Notes: generated by a model not told the origin, from the sequence alone. Shown: positions 1 through 8,433, counted from the stretch's first letter. The stretch is DNA of 28,108 nt from Candidatus Thorarchaeota archaeon (GCA_038893995.1 JAWAQK010000032.1:1-28108); one strand, 5' to 3'. A program made the numbers and translations.

Positions 1-7
1 CTCTGTC

Positions 8-1252
8 TTAATCGAACTGGCCCTTCTGGCGATATGGGAGGTACTCCGGACCGAAGATCTCTCTGCCCATCACTATCTTCTGGATGTGGGCACCGCCCTC
101 GGCTCCGATGGTATATGACCTCACTCCCCTGTAGGACGCCTCCAGCGGACATTCCTTCGTGTATCCGAATGCACCCATCCATGTCATCGATCGGGTGATT
201 ATGTCCAGTGCATCGTGGGGAGTCCGATACTTTGCGGCAGCAGTCCATTTGGCAATGTCGAGCTTTGTGACGTCCTTGCTCTTGTCCCTGTAATGCCGGT
301 CCCATGCATTGGCGGCACGATAGGTCAACAGTCGATCCGACTCAAGAGCCATCCAGGAGTCCACTGCCTCAAACATGATACCCTCGAAGGCAGCTAGCGG
401 CCGACCGAAGGCCTTCCTCTGCTTCACGTAGTCAACGCCGATGTCAAATGCGGACTGGGCTGCACCCAGGCAAGTCGCAGAGATGAGGCACCTTGCAGCA
501 GAGAAGCCCTCCATGGCCATGTAGAAGCCCTTTCCACGTTCACCGATGATGTAGTGCTTCGGGATCTCAACATTCTCGATGTTGAAGCCACCGGTTGAAA
601 CGCCCATTCGGCCCATGTCCTCGAATAGTGTGGTGGTTATTCCCTTTGTAAGTCCATTGCCCATATTGAGCGGCAGAATGAAGGCATCGAAAGCCTTGTG
701 GTCGCCCTTCGGGTCAGACTTTGCAAGCGTCCAGTATACGCCGCCGTATTTCTCCGACTCTCTAACGCCGCTTATGTAGACTTTCTCGCCATTGACAACA
801 AAGCCATCCCCCTTGGGTCGAATTACAGTCTTGGTCGTATTGACCAGGTCGGAACCGCCCGTGGGTTCGGTGGTGGCAATTCCAAAGAACAGGTCACCCT
901 TCGTGACTCTCGGGAGAATCTCACTCTTGGCCTCTGGAGTACCGTACATGTCGAATATCAGCGCCCATGAGGCTTCAACAAGATACATGACTGGCAATGC
1001 AATGGAGAGATCTGCTCTCGCCAGCTCCTCAGCTGCAATGCAGGCCATTGTCATCGATAGCCCTGCACCGCCGTACTCCTCTGAAACAGTTGGAGCCCAG
1101 AGCATCTGCTCGCCCATTCTCTTGACAAGGTCGCGCGGGATCTCGTGGGTCTTCTCATCGTAGGTCTTCCACACAGGCGCGACGTACCTCTGAGCGAACT
1201 CGCGGACTGACTCGCGAAACATCCGCTCCTCATCAGACTCTTCAAAATGCAT
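8..1252 (-). CDS. Acyl-CoA dehydrogenase family protein
   Basis: ACAD motifs IATTEPTGGSD, VNGEKVYISG, YVKQRKAFGRPL, MGAFGYTKE and TIGAEGG (catalytic Glu region). ATG at 1252 chosen over TTG at 1258 because of the GAGGT SD at 1261-1265. Confidence 0.93.
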   Translation of the reverse strand: MHFEESDEERMFRESVREFAQRYVAPVWKTYDEKTHEIPRDLVKRMGEQMLWAPTVSEEYGGAGLSMTMACIAAEELARADLSIALPVMYLVEASWALIFDMYGTPEAKSEILPRVTKGDLFFGIATTEPTGGSDLVNTTKTVIRPKGDGFVVNGEKVYISGVRESEKYGGVYWTLAKSDPKGDHKAFDAFILPLNMGNGLTKGITTTLFEDMGRMGVSTGGFNIENVEIPKHYIIGERGKGFYMAMEGFSAARCLISATCLGAAQSAFDIGVDYVKQRKAFGRPLAAFEGIMFEAVDSWMALESDRLLTYRAANAWDRHYRDKSKDVTKLDIAKWTAAAKYRTPHDALDIITRSMTWMGAFGYTKECPLEASYRGVRSYTIGAEGGAHIQKIVMGREIFGPEYLPYRQKGQFD

Positions 1253-1407
1253 GGTCAACTACCTCTTTTCTTGATGGCGGGCGTTTCAGGAAATGGCCAC
1301 CTTATAGATACTTCGTCTGAGGCCAGGCAATTGTCGAACCGGTAAAGACAGTGCATGGAGGTCTTAGGAGTCGTCTGGGTCTTCGACCCAGTCTAGGGAT
1401 AGCGTTC

Positions 1408-1438
1408 AGAGAAAGAGAGAGGGGAGAGATCCCCTCTT
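1408..1438 (-). terminator. Putative terminator of the surface-protein gene
   Basis: Hairpin AGAGGGG-N6-CCCCTCT followed by a pyrimidine run (CTCTTTCTCT) immediately after the stop at 1442. Confidence 0.55.
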
Positions 1439-1441
1439 GAT

Positions 1442-3169
1442 CTATTGTAGGCGACTGTTTCTGGCCCGAACGTAGGCGACTCTAATCACGATGATACCCA
1501 AGGAGCCTATGGCGAACGATATCACAATGACTGTGTTGACAAAGCTCCAGACAGTGCCCGGACTCACTCTTGGGTATGCTATGTACACAGGGTCGTGAGC
1601 TATCGAGTGGCCGCTCCACTTGGCATAGCACGAGCTGTAGTAGTAGGAAACAGAGGACCAACCGTATTCTCCCGTGAGTTCGGATGAGGCTGGTGCTGCA
1701 AGGTCTGCCTGACCATATGCATATCCGGGGTAGACAGCAGTACCGACAGGGTAGGTGCCTCCATCGCCGCCCCACACATAGGTGCCACCGAACTGAATGT
1801 CCAGGAATGGTCTACTCATGGAGTCGAATACCAGTGTACCTCCTGGTATGTCAATAGCTCTGGTGGAGTCTGTTAGTAATGGAGCATCTGGTCGAGACTC
1901 GTTCTGAGTGGGTTCTGTCGAGTTCCAGGTCAATGGCTGTAGGTCGGCGCTCGAGAAAGAGCTCCAGTAGTTCACCGACAGACCAAGTCCATGAAGTTCA
2001 GGCAGTATGTTGCCAGTAATGGGGTCCACAAAATTGCCCAGGTACTGATCAATCTTCAGCGTGATTGCCTCTTGGCTGACCTCGAATCTGTAAGTCAGCT
2101 TCATGCTCTCCAGCGACGCAGGAATCTCTGCGAACCCTTGGAACCCTAGGTATGAGCCTCTTCCAGACTCTAGGACGTCTACAAGATAGACCACAGGAGA
2201 CCCTCTTGACAACATCCCGGTGATGTTGACCACCTCGGCACTCCACTCCAACTGTCCATTGTCATTGATGTGAGGCGTGACGACCTCTCCAAGAGAAGCG
2301 CTGGACGGGTAGAAGTCAAACACAAGCTCTGACAGGGTCGAGTTGAGTACCTGATACACGTAGTCAGGCACACCATCCAGATCGTAGTCGACGGGGAATT
2401 CACTGTATACCATATCCATGATACCATTAGAATTGCTGTCGTTGAAGACACTCAACCCAGCAAAGTAGTGGTTCATCCGTTCAATACGGTTCTGCTGTAG
2501 GAGCATCTCGTTGACATCAAAGCCAAAACTGCGATACTCACTGTTTCCCATGTACTCCTGTGGCTCCACATAGTACGGTGCCCATGAGTATTCGTCTGAG
2601 AGACGGGGCATGACCAGGTAAGGATCAACGGTCTGCCAGTTGGTGTCATACCAGGTGTAGTTCTCGGAGTAGGCCCAGTGGGAATACCAGTAGTCATAGT
2701 AGAAGCCTGAGTACACAAACACCTCGTCGCCCGTGAGCGCGTCCAACTGTGGATTCCAGTAGATTGTCCAGATGTCCAATTCGGAAGATGTAGTGCCGAG
2801 CCAGCGTACATAGGAGGCATCAGGATCGACGATTATGGATACCAGCAGATTGGTGAACTCCCAGCGAAACTCGTACTCACCTGAGCCCCTGACCTCAATG
2901 AGATAGGTGTTGTTGTAAATGTCGTACAGGGAGTGGTAGTACAACCAGTCTCCACGGTAGGAGTAGGTATAGTTCCAATCGTCGCTGCTCTCATTCCACC
3001 AGTGCCAGTATAGATATACACCAGGGGCCATCTCGCTGAACGGTCCTGCGACTTGCCTCGTCGTAGCTCCCGGCTCAACTGTCACTGCAGACGAATGCAC
3101 TGATACAGCTCCTAGTGCCAGAAGAAGGACCAGTGCCGTCGCACAGTATCTTTGTGAATGTAGACTCAT
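1442..3169 (-). CDS. Secreted, C-terminally membrane-anchored surface (glyco)protein of unknown function
   Basis: N-terminal signal peptide (ALVLLLALGAVSVHSSA), W/Y-rich body, DxDxDG-like loops (DSNSNGIMD, DYDLDGVPD), about 8 N-x-S/T sequons, HDP motif then C-terminal TM helix and basic tail. Strong SD GAGGTGATCC. Confidence 0.85.
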   Translation of the reverse strand: MSLHSQRYCATALVLLLALGAVSVHSSAVTVEPGATTRQVAGPFSEMAPGVYLYWHWWNESSDDWNYTYSYRGDWLYYHSLYDIYNNTYLIEVRGSGEYEFRWEFTNLLVSIIVDPDASYVRWLGTTSSELDIWTIYWNPQLDALTGDEVFVYSGFYYDYWYSHWAYSENYTWYDTNWQTVDPYLVMPRLSDEYSWAPYYVEPQEYMGNSEYRSFGFDVNEMLLQQNRIERMNHYFAGLSVFNDSNSNGIMDMVYSEFPVDYDLDGVPDYVYQVLNSTLSELVFDFYPSSASLGEVVTPHINDNGQLEWSAEVVNITGMLSRGSPVVYLVDVLESGRGSYLGFQGFAEIPASLESMKLTYRFEVSQEAITLKIDQYLGNFVDPITGNILPELHGLGLSVNYWSSFSSADLQPLTWNSTEPTQNESRPDAPLLTDSTRAIDIPGGTLVFDSMSRPFLDIQFGGTYVWGGDGGTYPVGTAVYPGYAYGQADLAAPASSELTGEYGWSSVSYYYSSCYAKWSGHSIAHDPVYIAYPRVSPGTVWSFVNTVIVISFAIGSLGIIVIRVAYVRARNSRLQ

Positions 3170-3217
3170 TCATGGATCACCTCGAAATGCTCGTGGAGAA
3201 TGGAGTAACAGTGAAAG

Positions 3218-3238
3218 ATAGAGCTTCTCTATAAACAG
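3218..3238 (-). promoter_or_regulatory. TATA box of the surface-protein gene overlapped by an inverted repeat
   Basis: Minus-strand TTTATA at 3230-3235. ATAGAG-CTT-CTCTAT inverted repeat at 3218-3232. Confidence 0.45.
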
Positions 3239-3353
3239 TTCATTACAATCTCATAGTAGGGGGCAATTAACCCTGATGTACTGAATATCGAAGCTCAATG
3301 AGACCTCGATCGTTCGTTTGGTGATATGAGTGACTCAATATGGCATTGGAGAT

Positions 3354-3851
3354 TTATCGCACCACCGACCGCCGTAGTATCACGGTTTTCTTACGTCCAT
3401 CGATCTCTCTCTCGATGATCTGCTTGCGTTCAAGGGAAGATAGGGCCGTACTCAGGGTGGACTTGCTCACACCCACTGCTCGCCGAATGTCATCCTGCGT
3501 CATGCGAGCTCCGTGCTCCTCAAGGCAGTTGAGGATCCGTCTCTCGACATTGTTGAGCGCCACGAGAATGACCTGTTCGGTGGCAGAGTCCTTTGACGGC
3601 TCCAACGAGTTCATGACTCTCAGCTCCAGGTCAACTATCTTCTCTTGGAGTCTGAGGATGAGTAGTGCAAGTGTCGCTAGGACTGCCAGAAGTGAGATCA
3701 CCAGCGCAGCGGTAGTCGCCAAGAGTACTACCTCAAGCCCGATTGATCGGGACATGAACCACATCCACAATGCGGCAAACATCATCACGAGAGACAACAA
3801 CACGAGCAGTACGTCATCACGTCCGATCCGTTGGGGTCTTCCTCCTGACAT
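3354..3851 (-). CDS. Membrane-anchored winged-helix (MarR/COG2512-like) transcriptional regulator
   Basis: Two hydrophobic helices, then wHTH (LNNVERRILNCL...MTQDDIRRAVGVSKSTLSTALSSLERKQIIERE..GRKK). ATG at 3851 preferred; GTG at 3881 is possible. Confidence 0.85.
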   Translation of the reverse strand: MSGGRPQRIGRDDVLLVLLSLVMMFAALWMWFMSRSIGLEVVLLATTAALVISLLAVLATLALLILRLQEKIVDLELRVMNSLEPSKDSATEQVILVALNNVERRILNCLEEHGARMTQDDIRRAVGVSKSTLSTALSSLERKQIIEREIDGRKKTVILRRSVVR

Positions 3852-3994
3852 GCGAACCAATCGCTCAGGCGCAGTTCCCACTAATAGGTCTGTCTGACGA
3901 CGTACCGGCGGAGTACAATAGTGGGGAGTCCGTGAGGACCACGAGTGATGGCCACTTCCGCCAGTCGTGTCGACCTGTCATGAAATCACATGAG

Positions 3995-4120
3995 ATTAGA
4001 GGTGGACTGCGATATGTGAGATGTCAGGGGCTGGTCCTCATGATGCGAGGCCACGCGCCCGGTCCATGCGACCGCCTACGTGCAGCTGAAGGGAACCAGC
4101 CCACTCACATGCTCTCTGAT
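3995..4120 (+). ncRNA. Candidate K-turn-containing structured RNA (C/D-like motif)
   Basis: Nested stems ATTAGAG/CTCTGAT, ATGTGAG/CTCACAT and GGGCTGGT/ACCAGCCC, then CCT-CAT-GA-TGC paired with GCT-GA-AGG (consensus K-turn). Manual folding only. Confidence 0.35.
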
Positions 4121-4128
4121 TCAGACGC

Positions 4129-4959
4129 TCACTCTTGTTGCTGCTCACTGGAAAGACGAGACGGCCCCTTCAATAGGACAACCGCGACAGCAGCTAAGAC
4201 CAGAAGGACCATGTACGTGAGACTGGCGAGATCGGACTGAGTGACCGGAGTCAGTGAATGAGAGAGGTTGAGGCTAGTGTGGAACAGCAATGCAGTTGCG
4301 ACGCTGCCCCCGGTGCTATTGAACAACCAGGTCATCAGGACTGACACCGCCACTGCAGACACCAAGAGCTCCCAGAACGGTCGTGCATAGTACATCTCCG
4401 AGAACACAAAGAATAGCGGCATATGCCAGCAGGCCCATACCACACCTAGGACAATGCTCGACACAAGCGCACTGAAATCAGCCTGAAGTCTTGGTAGTGC
4501 ATATCCTCTCCATCCAAACTCCTCACCGAGGGGCCCGTTCAATACAAGGATGATCACGAATGCTATAGGGATCCAGAAGATCAGGTCAGTGGGGTCTCCT
4601 CCCCACATGTACGACGGGACAAGGCCTCCAAAGGCGATACCAACTGACAGTGATACCAGACCAAAAAACGGGAGCAGGAGGAGCATGGGGAACAGGTAGA
4701 TCCTACTGAAGTCCAGTATTTTTGCGCGACCTAGCAACGCCCTGACGCCAGCGGTCCCGCCCTCTCCATATGATAGGACGATCGAGATTATGAGGGGACC
4801 GAAGGGGGCAGGATTGAACGGACTGTTCAGGAATCCTGAGAGAGGATGAGGCGATAGGAAACCTACGTGCTCTAGCACCATCGGGATCCAGAATATCCAT
4901 GAGAACAGGTAGGTCAGCAACACGAACAGGACTGCTTGACTCGATGTGGTGCTCATCAT
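4129..4959 (-). CDS. CPBP (CAAX/Abi) family intramembrane glutamic endopeptidase
   Basis: Motifs GEEFGWRG, WACWH and LFHTSLN in a multi-TM protein. Start moved to ATG 4959 (GAGGA SD) because the longer ORF overlaps tRNA-Gly. Confidence 0.92.
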   Translation of the reverse strand: MMSTTSSQAVLFVLLTYLFSWIFWIPMVLEHVGFLSPHPLSGFLNSPFNPAPFGPLIISIVLSYGEGGTAGVRALLGRAKILDFSRIYLFPMLLLLPFFGLVSLSVGIAFGGLVPSYMWGGDPTDLIFWIPIAFVIILVLNGPLGEEFGWRGYALPRLQADFSALVSSIVLGVVWACWHMPLFFVFSEMYYARPFWELLVSAVAVSVLMTWLFNSTGGSVATALLFHTSLNLSHSLTPVTQSDLASLTYMVLLVLAAVAVVLLKGPSRLSSEQQQE

Positions 4960-5138
4960 GACTGTCTCGATCCTCGGAAACAATCGGAGGGGATTTATCG
5001 CTTTCGTCTTGTTGTTAGAATGATCACCCACTGCCAGAGGACATGGTCCAACATTCTTGAATTGCAGCTGTCTGATTTGAGCGGGCCACATGGACACAGA
5101 AATAGACATGCGTATGAAAGCTAATGGTTGGTGAGGGT

Positions 5139-5213
5139 TGGTGCGCCCGCCGGGACTCGAACCCGGGCCGGCTCCGTGGCAGGGAGCCATCATAGCCCCT
5201 AGACAACGGGCGC
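5139..5213 (-). tRNA. tRNA-Gly(GCC)
   Basis: GCGCCCG...GCTCC-CTGCCAC-GGAGC...GGTTCGAGTCC...CGGGCGC-A-CCA cloverleaf with encoded CCA. Confidence 0.97.
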
Positions 5214-5240
5214 TCCAAGTTCCTTCCCGGCCCGACGATG

Positions 5241-5250
5241 TTAAAAAGCT
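5241..5250 (-). promoter_or_regulatory. TATA-like box of tRNA-Gly
   Basis: CTTTTTAA about 28 bp upstream of the tRNA. Similar motifs at a similar distance precede tRNA-Val (about 9680) and tRNA-Ala (about 18511). Confidence 0.6.
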
Positions 5251-5297
5251 TGTCGGGGCAGTCAGACTTCATTATGTGGTATGGTCTGCAGACAAGG

Positions 5298-5491
5298 CAG
5301 CAGGGACTTGGTCAGCTCAGCGTGGTCAAACGGCTGTGACATCTTATGCTCGAGGAGGAATCAGGACCTGCTGAGGCATGAACAGAGGGGATCTGCGAGC
5401 TCACTGTATCTCGCATAGGACGCCATGCCCGTGAGTACTTGCCACTCAAATGCGGAGCTGCCCCACAGCGGCGTCTTATGCGAAGACAGTG
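5298..5491. other. Structured intergenic element (two long stem-loops, candidate ncRNA)
   Basis: CGCATAGGACGCC (5412-5424) pairs with GGCGTCTTATGCG (5470-5482), extended by CACTGT/ACAGTG. Second hairpin CAGCAGG/CCTGCTG plus CTTGGT/ATCAGG. Confidence 0.35.
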
Positions 5492-5501
5492 TTGAGTAAT
5501 G

Positions 5502-5543
5502 TTTATATATGTGCCATACATAGTACTATTTGTTGCACAGTAC
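5502..5543 (+). promoter_or_regulatory. padR promoter: TATA box and putative PadR operator
   Basis: TTTATATA at 5502-5509. Inverted repeat GTACT-N11-AGTAC at 5523-5543 over the expected start site. Confidence 0.5.
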
Positions 5544-5600
5544 AGTGCCATGTCTAATGGTATACGCTGTATAGCACAGGCATGGTGGCCAGGAGTCGAC

Positions 5601-5963
5601 ATGAGTAGAGAATCGAGAAAGGTACAGGATGAATTCGAACGCTGGTCCAGAGAAACCAGGCGCGGAGCAGCAACTCTGGCTGTTCTTGCGGTGGTGGACA
5701 GATCGCCATCCTACGGCTATGAGCTCGTGAAGCATCTTGAACAGACTGTGACTTTCCTTCAGCTTGAGGAGGGCACCGTGTATCCAATCCTTCGAAGGCT
5801 CGAGGAGAGACTGCTGTTGCGAAGTGAGTGGAACTACGACGATCCTACCAAGCCTAAGAAGTACTATCGCATCACGGAGGAGGGCAAGAGAGCTCTCGCG
5901 ATGATGACAGAGACATGGTTTGTGCTGGCAAGTGAGATGAGGAAACTGCTAGGAGGAAGTTAG
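5601..5963 (+). CDS. PadR family transcriptional regulator
   Basis: SYGYEL, EGTVYPILRRLE and PKKYYRITEEGK motifs. ATG 5601 with AGGAG SD. Confidence 0.95.
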   Translation: MSRESRKVQDEFERWSRETRRGAATLAVLAVVDRSPSYGYELVKHLEQTVTFLQLEEGTVYPILRRLEERLLLRSEWNYDDPTKPKKYYRITEEGKRALAMMTETWFVLASEMRKLLGGS

Positions 5964-5967
5964 CGCA

Positions 5968-7047
5968 ATGTCAGACTCACCAACAGAGATCATTGAGAAA
6001 TACCTCGAGAGAGTCAGACTGTATCTCCCCATTGGCTCGGAGGACCGTCTGGCTGAGATGAGGACCCACCTGATTGAGGAGGCAGAGAAGCTTGGACAGG
6101 GAGAAGTTACGCATGGGTCCGCAATGTTGGCAGTAGAGAGGTTTGGAGACCCCAGAGACGTTGCAAACGAGTATGCTCGTCTGGGCAGGAAGATGGGACC
6201 AATACCGTCGGAATACGTGGTCGCAGTACTAAGAACGATGATCATCCTTGTTGCAGTCGGTTTCGCTTTCCTGATGGGGTCGTATGTCGTTGGGATTGCC
6301 TTGAGCGCATATTTGCCTGAGGCACTGCCATTCGTGCCTTACCTGTGGTATGCAGTCCTCGGAATCGCAGTACTGGGCATACTCTACGCTGTAGTGACTG
6401 TCGGCCGGATCAGGCTGCTACACAAGAATAGGCCTCCCAGCGAGAAGACTGCTCTCGAGGAAATACTAGGGGTGGGAGTTGAGGCATTCCAGCCAAGTTC
6501 ACGTCTGGACATCCTCTTTGAGTGTGCCCTTTGTGCGGTCATGGCCTCCATACTGGCACTCCCGCGAATTCAGTCGCTGTTTGCCAGTGCTTTCCTGCTT
6601 CCGCTAAACTTCATCGTGGCACTCCTTGTGCTGTCAGCCATTATCCGCCTGGTCCAGTTTCGGATCGGGGAGAACAATGTGATCCTGTTACTCACCGCCC
6701 TGACCAGCGCGGCATGGGTCCTGTTGTCCTTTGTGCTGATCAACTTCAGGTTTCCACTTCAGTATCTGATGGTCACATACGATGGGATTGTGATGATCAT
6801 ACCCCTTGACAGCCTCGTGGTCATGGAACCCGTCCTGTCGGTCGTCTTTGCCACGATCTGGATAGGAATAGTGTTCATCATAGTAATGACCAGCGTGTGG
6901 GACATGATGCTCTCAGCAGCAAAGATGACGATGTACATGAAACAGGGCCGAACATGGTGGTGGAGAGGAACATGGGGACCGGACAGGGTGTTCGGAAAGC
7001 ACATCCCACCCAGGGAGTCAACCAGACCAGACGCTGAGACACTCTGA
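5968..7047 (+). CDS. HAAS-domain multi-pass membrane protein (PadR partner)
   Basis: N-terminal IIEKYLERVRLYLP...EMRTHL...AVERFGDPRDVANEY followed by about 6 TM helices, 4 bp downstream of padR. Confidence 0.82.
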   Translation: MSDSPTEIIEKYLERVRLYLPIGSEDRLAEMRTHLIEEAEKLGQGEVTHGSAMLAVERFGDPRDVANEYARLGRKMGPIPSEYVVAVLRTMIILVAVGFAFLMGSYVVGIALSAYLPEALPFVPYLWYAVLGIAVLGILYAVVTVGRIRLLHKNRPPSEKTALEEILGVGVEAFQPSSRLDILFECALCAVMASILALPRIQSLFASAFLLPLNFIVALLVLSAIIRLVQFRIGENNVILLLTALTSAAWVLLSFVLINFRFPLQYLMVTYDGIVMIIPLDSLVVMEPVLSVVFATIWIGIVFIIVMTSVWDMMLSAAKMTMYMKQGRTWWWRGTWGPDRVFGKHIPPRESTRPDAETL

Positions 7048-7164
7048 TCAATGGCAGGGGTAGGGGGGGCCTGCATCTTCTCTTGACGATCGGCACGGGG
7101 GCAAGTTACCCCGATTCGGGCAGGGGCAAGGTTAAGAGTCAGTGCATACCACTCGCCAGACCGG

Positions 7165-7878
7165 ATGTCTGGAGTACCGTCGGGAATTAAGAAGAGCATC
7201 ATGCGCGCCCTCTATGAGAACAGGCTGATCCTTACTGCGCAGCGCGACAGACCGGAGGGATGGAAGCTGATCTCTGGAGTCTGGAGCCCGTTCTACATTC
7301 AGCTGAGACTGGTAAGTTCGTATCCACCGGTACTCAGGATGGTCGGTGAGGCAATCGCGGCGATGCTGAAAGAGGAGGCTCCTGAGGTCAATCGACTTGT
7401 CGGGATAGCCTTCGCGGGGATCCCGATCGCCACAGCAGCATCAATCGCGTCCGGAATCCCAGCCTGCCACACACGAAAACTTGTGGGGGTAAGGTCTGAA
7501 CAAGAGATGGAACAGGCATTGAGGGAGTATGGTCAACATGCCCTCGTAGAGGGAATACTGGAGGAGGGAGATGTCGTATGCCTTGTCGACGACCTAGTCA
7601 CCGGACTCGACAGCAAGATTGCAGCAAGGAAACAGGTTCTCGCAGAGGCAGGGAAGAGGGGAATCCGGAATATCGTCTGTGACGATGTCGCTGTGCTGTT
7701 GGACCGGCAACAGGGAGCCCAGGATGCTGCCAGGAGAGAGGGTATCAGACTCCACTCTGTCATCAAGTTCTTGGACGAAGGACTGCCACTCATAAGAGAC
7801 CTGATGTCTGACGCAGAGTACGAGAGCATAATGACATATCTGACCGGAAGCAAGGCAGGCCAGTGTCCCGTCGGATGA
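7165..7878 (+). CDS. pyrE: Orotate phosphoribosyltransferase (type I PRTase)
   Basis: KLISGVWSPFYIQLR, GIAFAGIP, TRK..EYG...VEG and PRPP loop CLVDDLVTG. Confidence 0.8.
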   Translation: MSGVPSGIKKSIMRALYENRLILTAQRDRPEGWKLISGVWSPFYIQLRLVSSYPPVLRMVGEAIAAMLKEEAPEVNRLVGIAFAGIPIATAASIASGIPACHTRKLVGVRSEQEMEQALREYGQHALVEGILEEGDVVCLVDDLVTGLDSKIAARKQVLAEAGKRGIRNIVCDDVAVLLDRQQGAQDAARREGIRLHSVIKFLDEGLPLIRDLMSDAEYESIMTYLTGSKAGQCPVG

Positions 7879-8384
7879 TGGAGAAACGGATTTCTAGAGT
7901 GCAAGCGTATGAGGGACAGGATGAGCCAGCGATGAGTGTTGACAAGAAGACGATTGAGAACATGCTGAACCTGGCCCTCGCCACCTCACTCAATCATCTC
8001 GATTTCTATCTCAGTGCGTCGAACGAATATGAAGATCCAAAGACAAGGGCCCTGCTGATAGTGATGGCAGAACTGGAGGAGGAGATAGCGGCGTCGATCG
8101 AGGAAATGATGATCCACGGTATTGCCACTGCCGTCCAACAGGCCGCCAAGTTCAACCCGGACGAGGGCCCAGACGAGACACCCTTCGACCTGCGCCGTGC
8201 AGAGCAGGACAAACGGATCTATCTGTGCAACAAGATCCTAGACCTTGAGATCAAGGGATACACGTTCTATCTCTCTATAGCAGCCCGTGCCAAGTCTGAG
8301 CTCATCAGTAGACTGTTTCAGCACCTGGCCATGTTGAAGGCCAAGCAGATCGACCGAATCAGGCGCGTCTGCCAGACCTTCTGA
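7875..8384 (+). CDS. Ferritin/rubrerythrin-like four-helix protein with degenerate metal site
   Basis: Internal repeat (DFYLSAS..D..TRALLIVMAELE / TFYLSIA..SELISRLFQHLAML). Start is either 7875 (ATGA overlap with pyrE) or 7932. Confidence 0.7.
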   Translation: MMEKRISRVQAYEGQDEPAMSVDKKTIENMLNLALATSLNHLDFYLSASNEYEDPKTRALLIVMAELEEEIAASIEEMMIHGIATAVQQAAKFNPDEGPDETPFDLRRAEQDKRIYLCNKILDLEIKGYTFYLSIAARAKSELISRLFQHLAMLKAKQIDRIRRVCQTF

Positions 8385-8410
8385 CCGCGCTCTTCGTCAG
8401 AACACGTGTT

Positions 8411-8433
8411 CCAGTTTTTTCGCAAATTTTTGT
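8411..8433 (+). terminator. Oligo-T terminator-like tract
   Basis: Two T-rich runs separated by CGCAAA shortly after the stop at 8384. Confidence 0.4.

Noticed and set aside
3928-3939. GTCC-GTGA-GGAC is identical to a classic hammerhead ribozyme stem II
   Set aside because: The required flanking core sequences CTGANGA and GAAA are absent.
4055-4061. GCGCCCG matches the tRNA-Gly acceptor stem (possible att remnant)
   Set aside because: Only 7 bp, which is expected by chance, and there is no integrase in the window.
4960-5193. N-terminal extension of the CPBP protease ORF (354 aa)
   Set aside because: It runs through tRNA-Gly; the SD and TM pattern indicate a start at 4959.
7053-7126. G-run-rich spacer upstream of pyrE (possible G-quadruplex)
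   Set aside because: Tracts are unevenly spaced and one is sequestered in a CGGGG/CCCCG hairpin; no further support.
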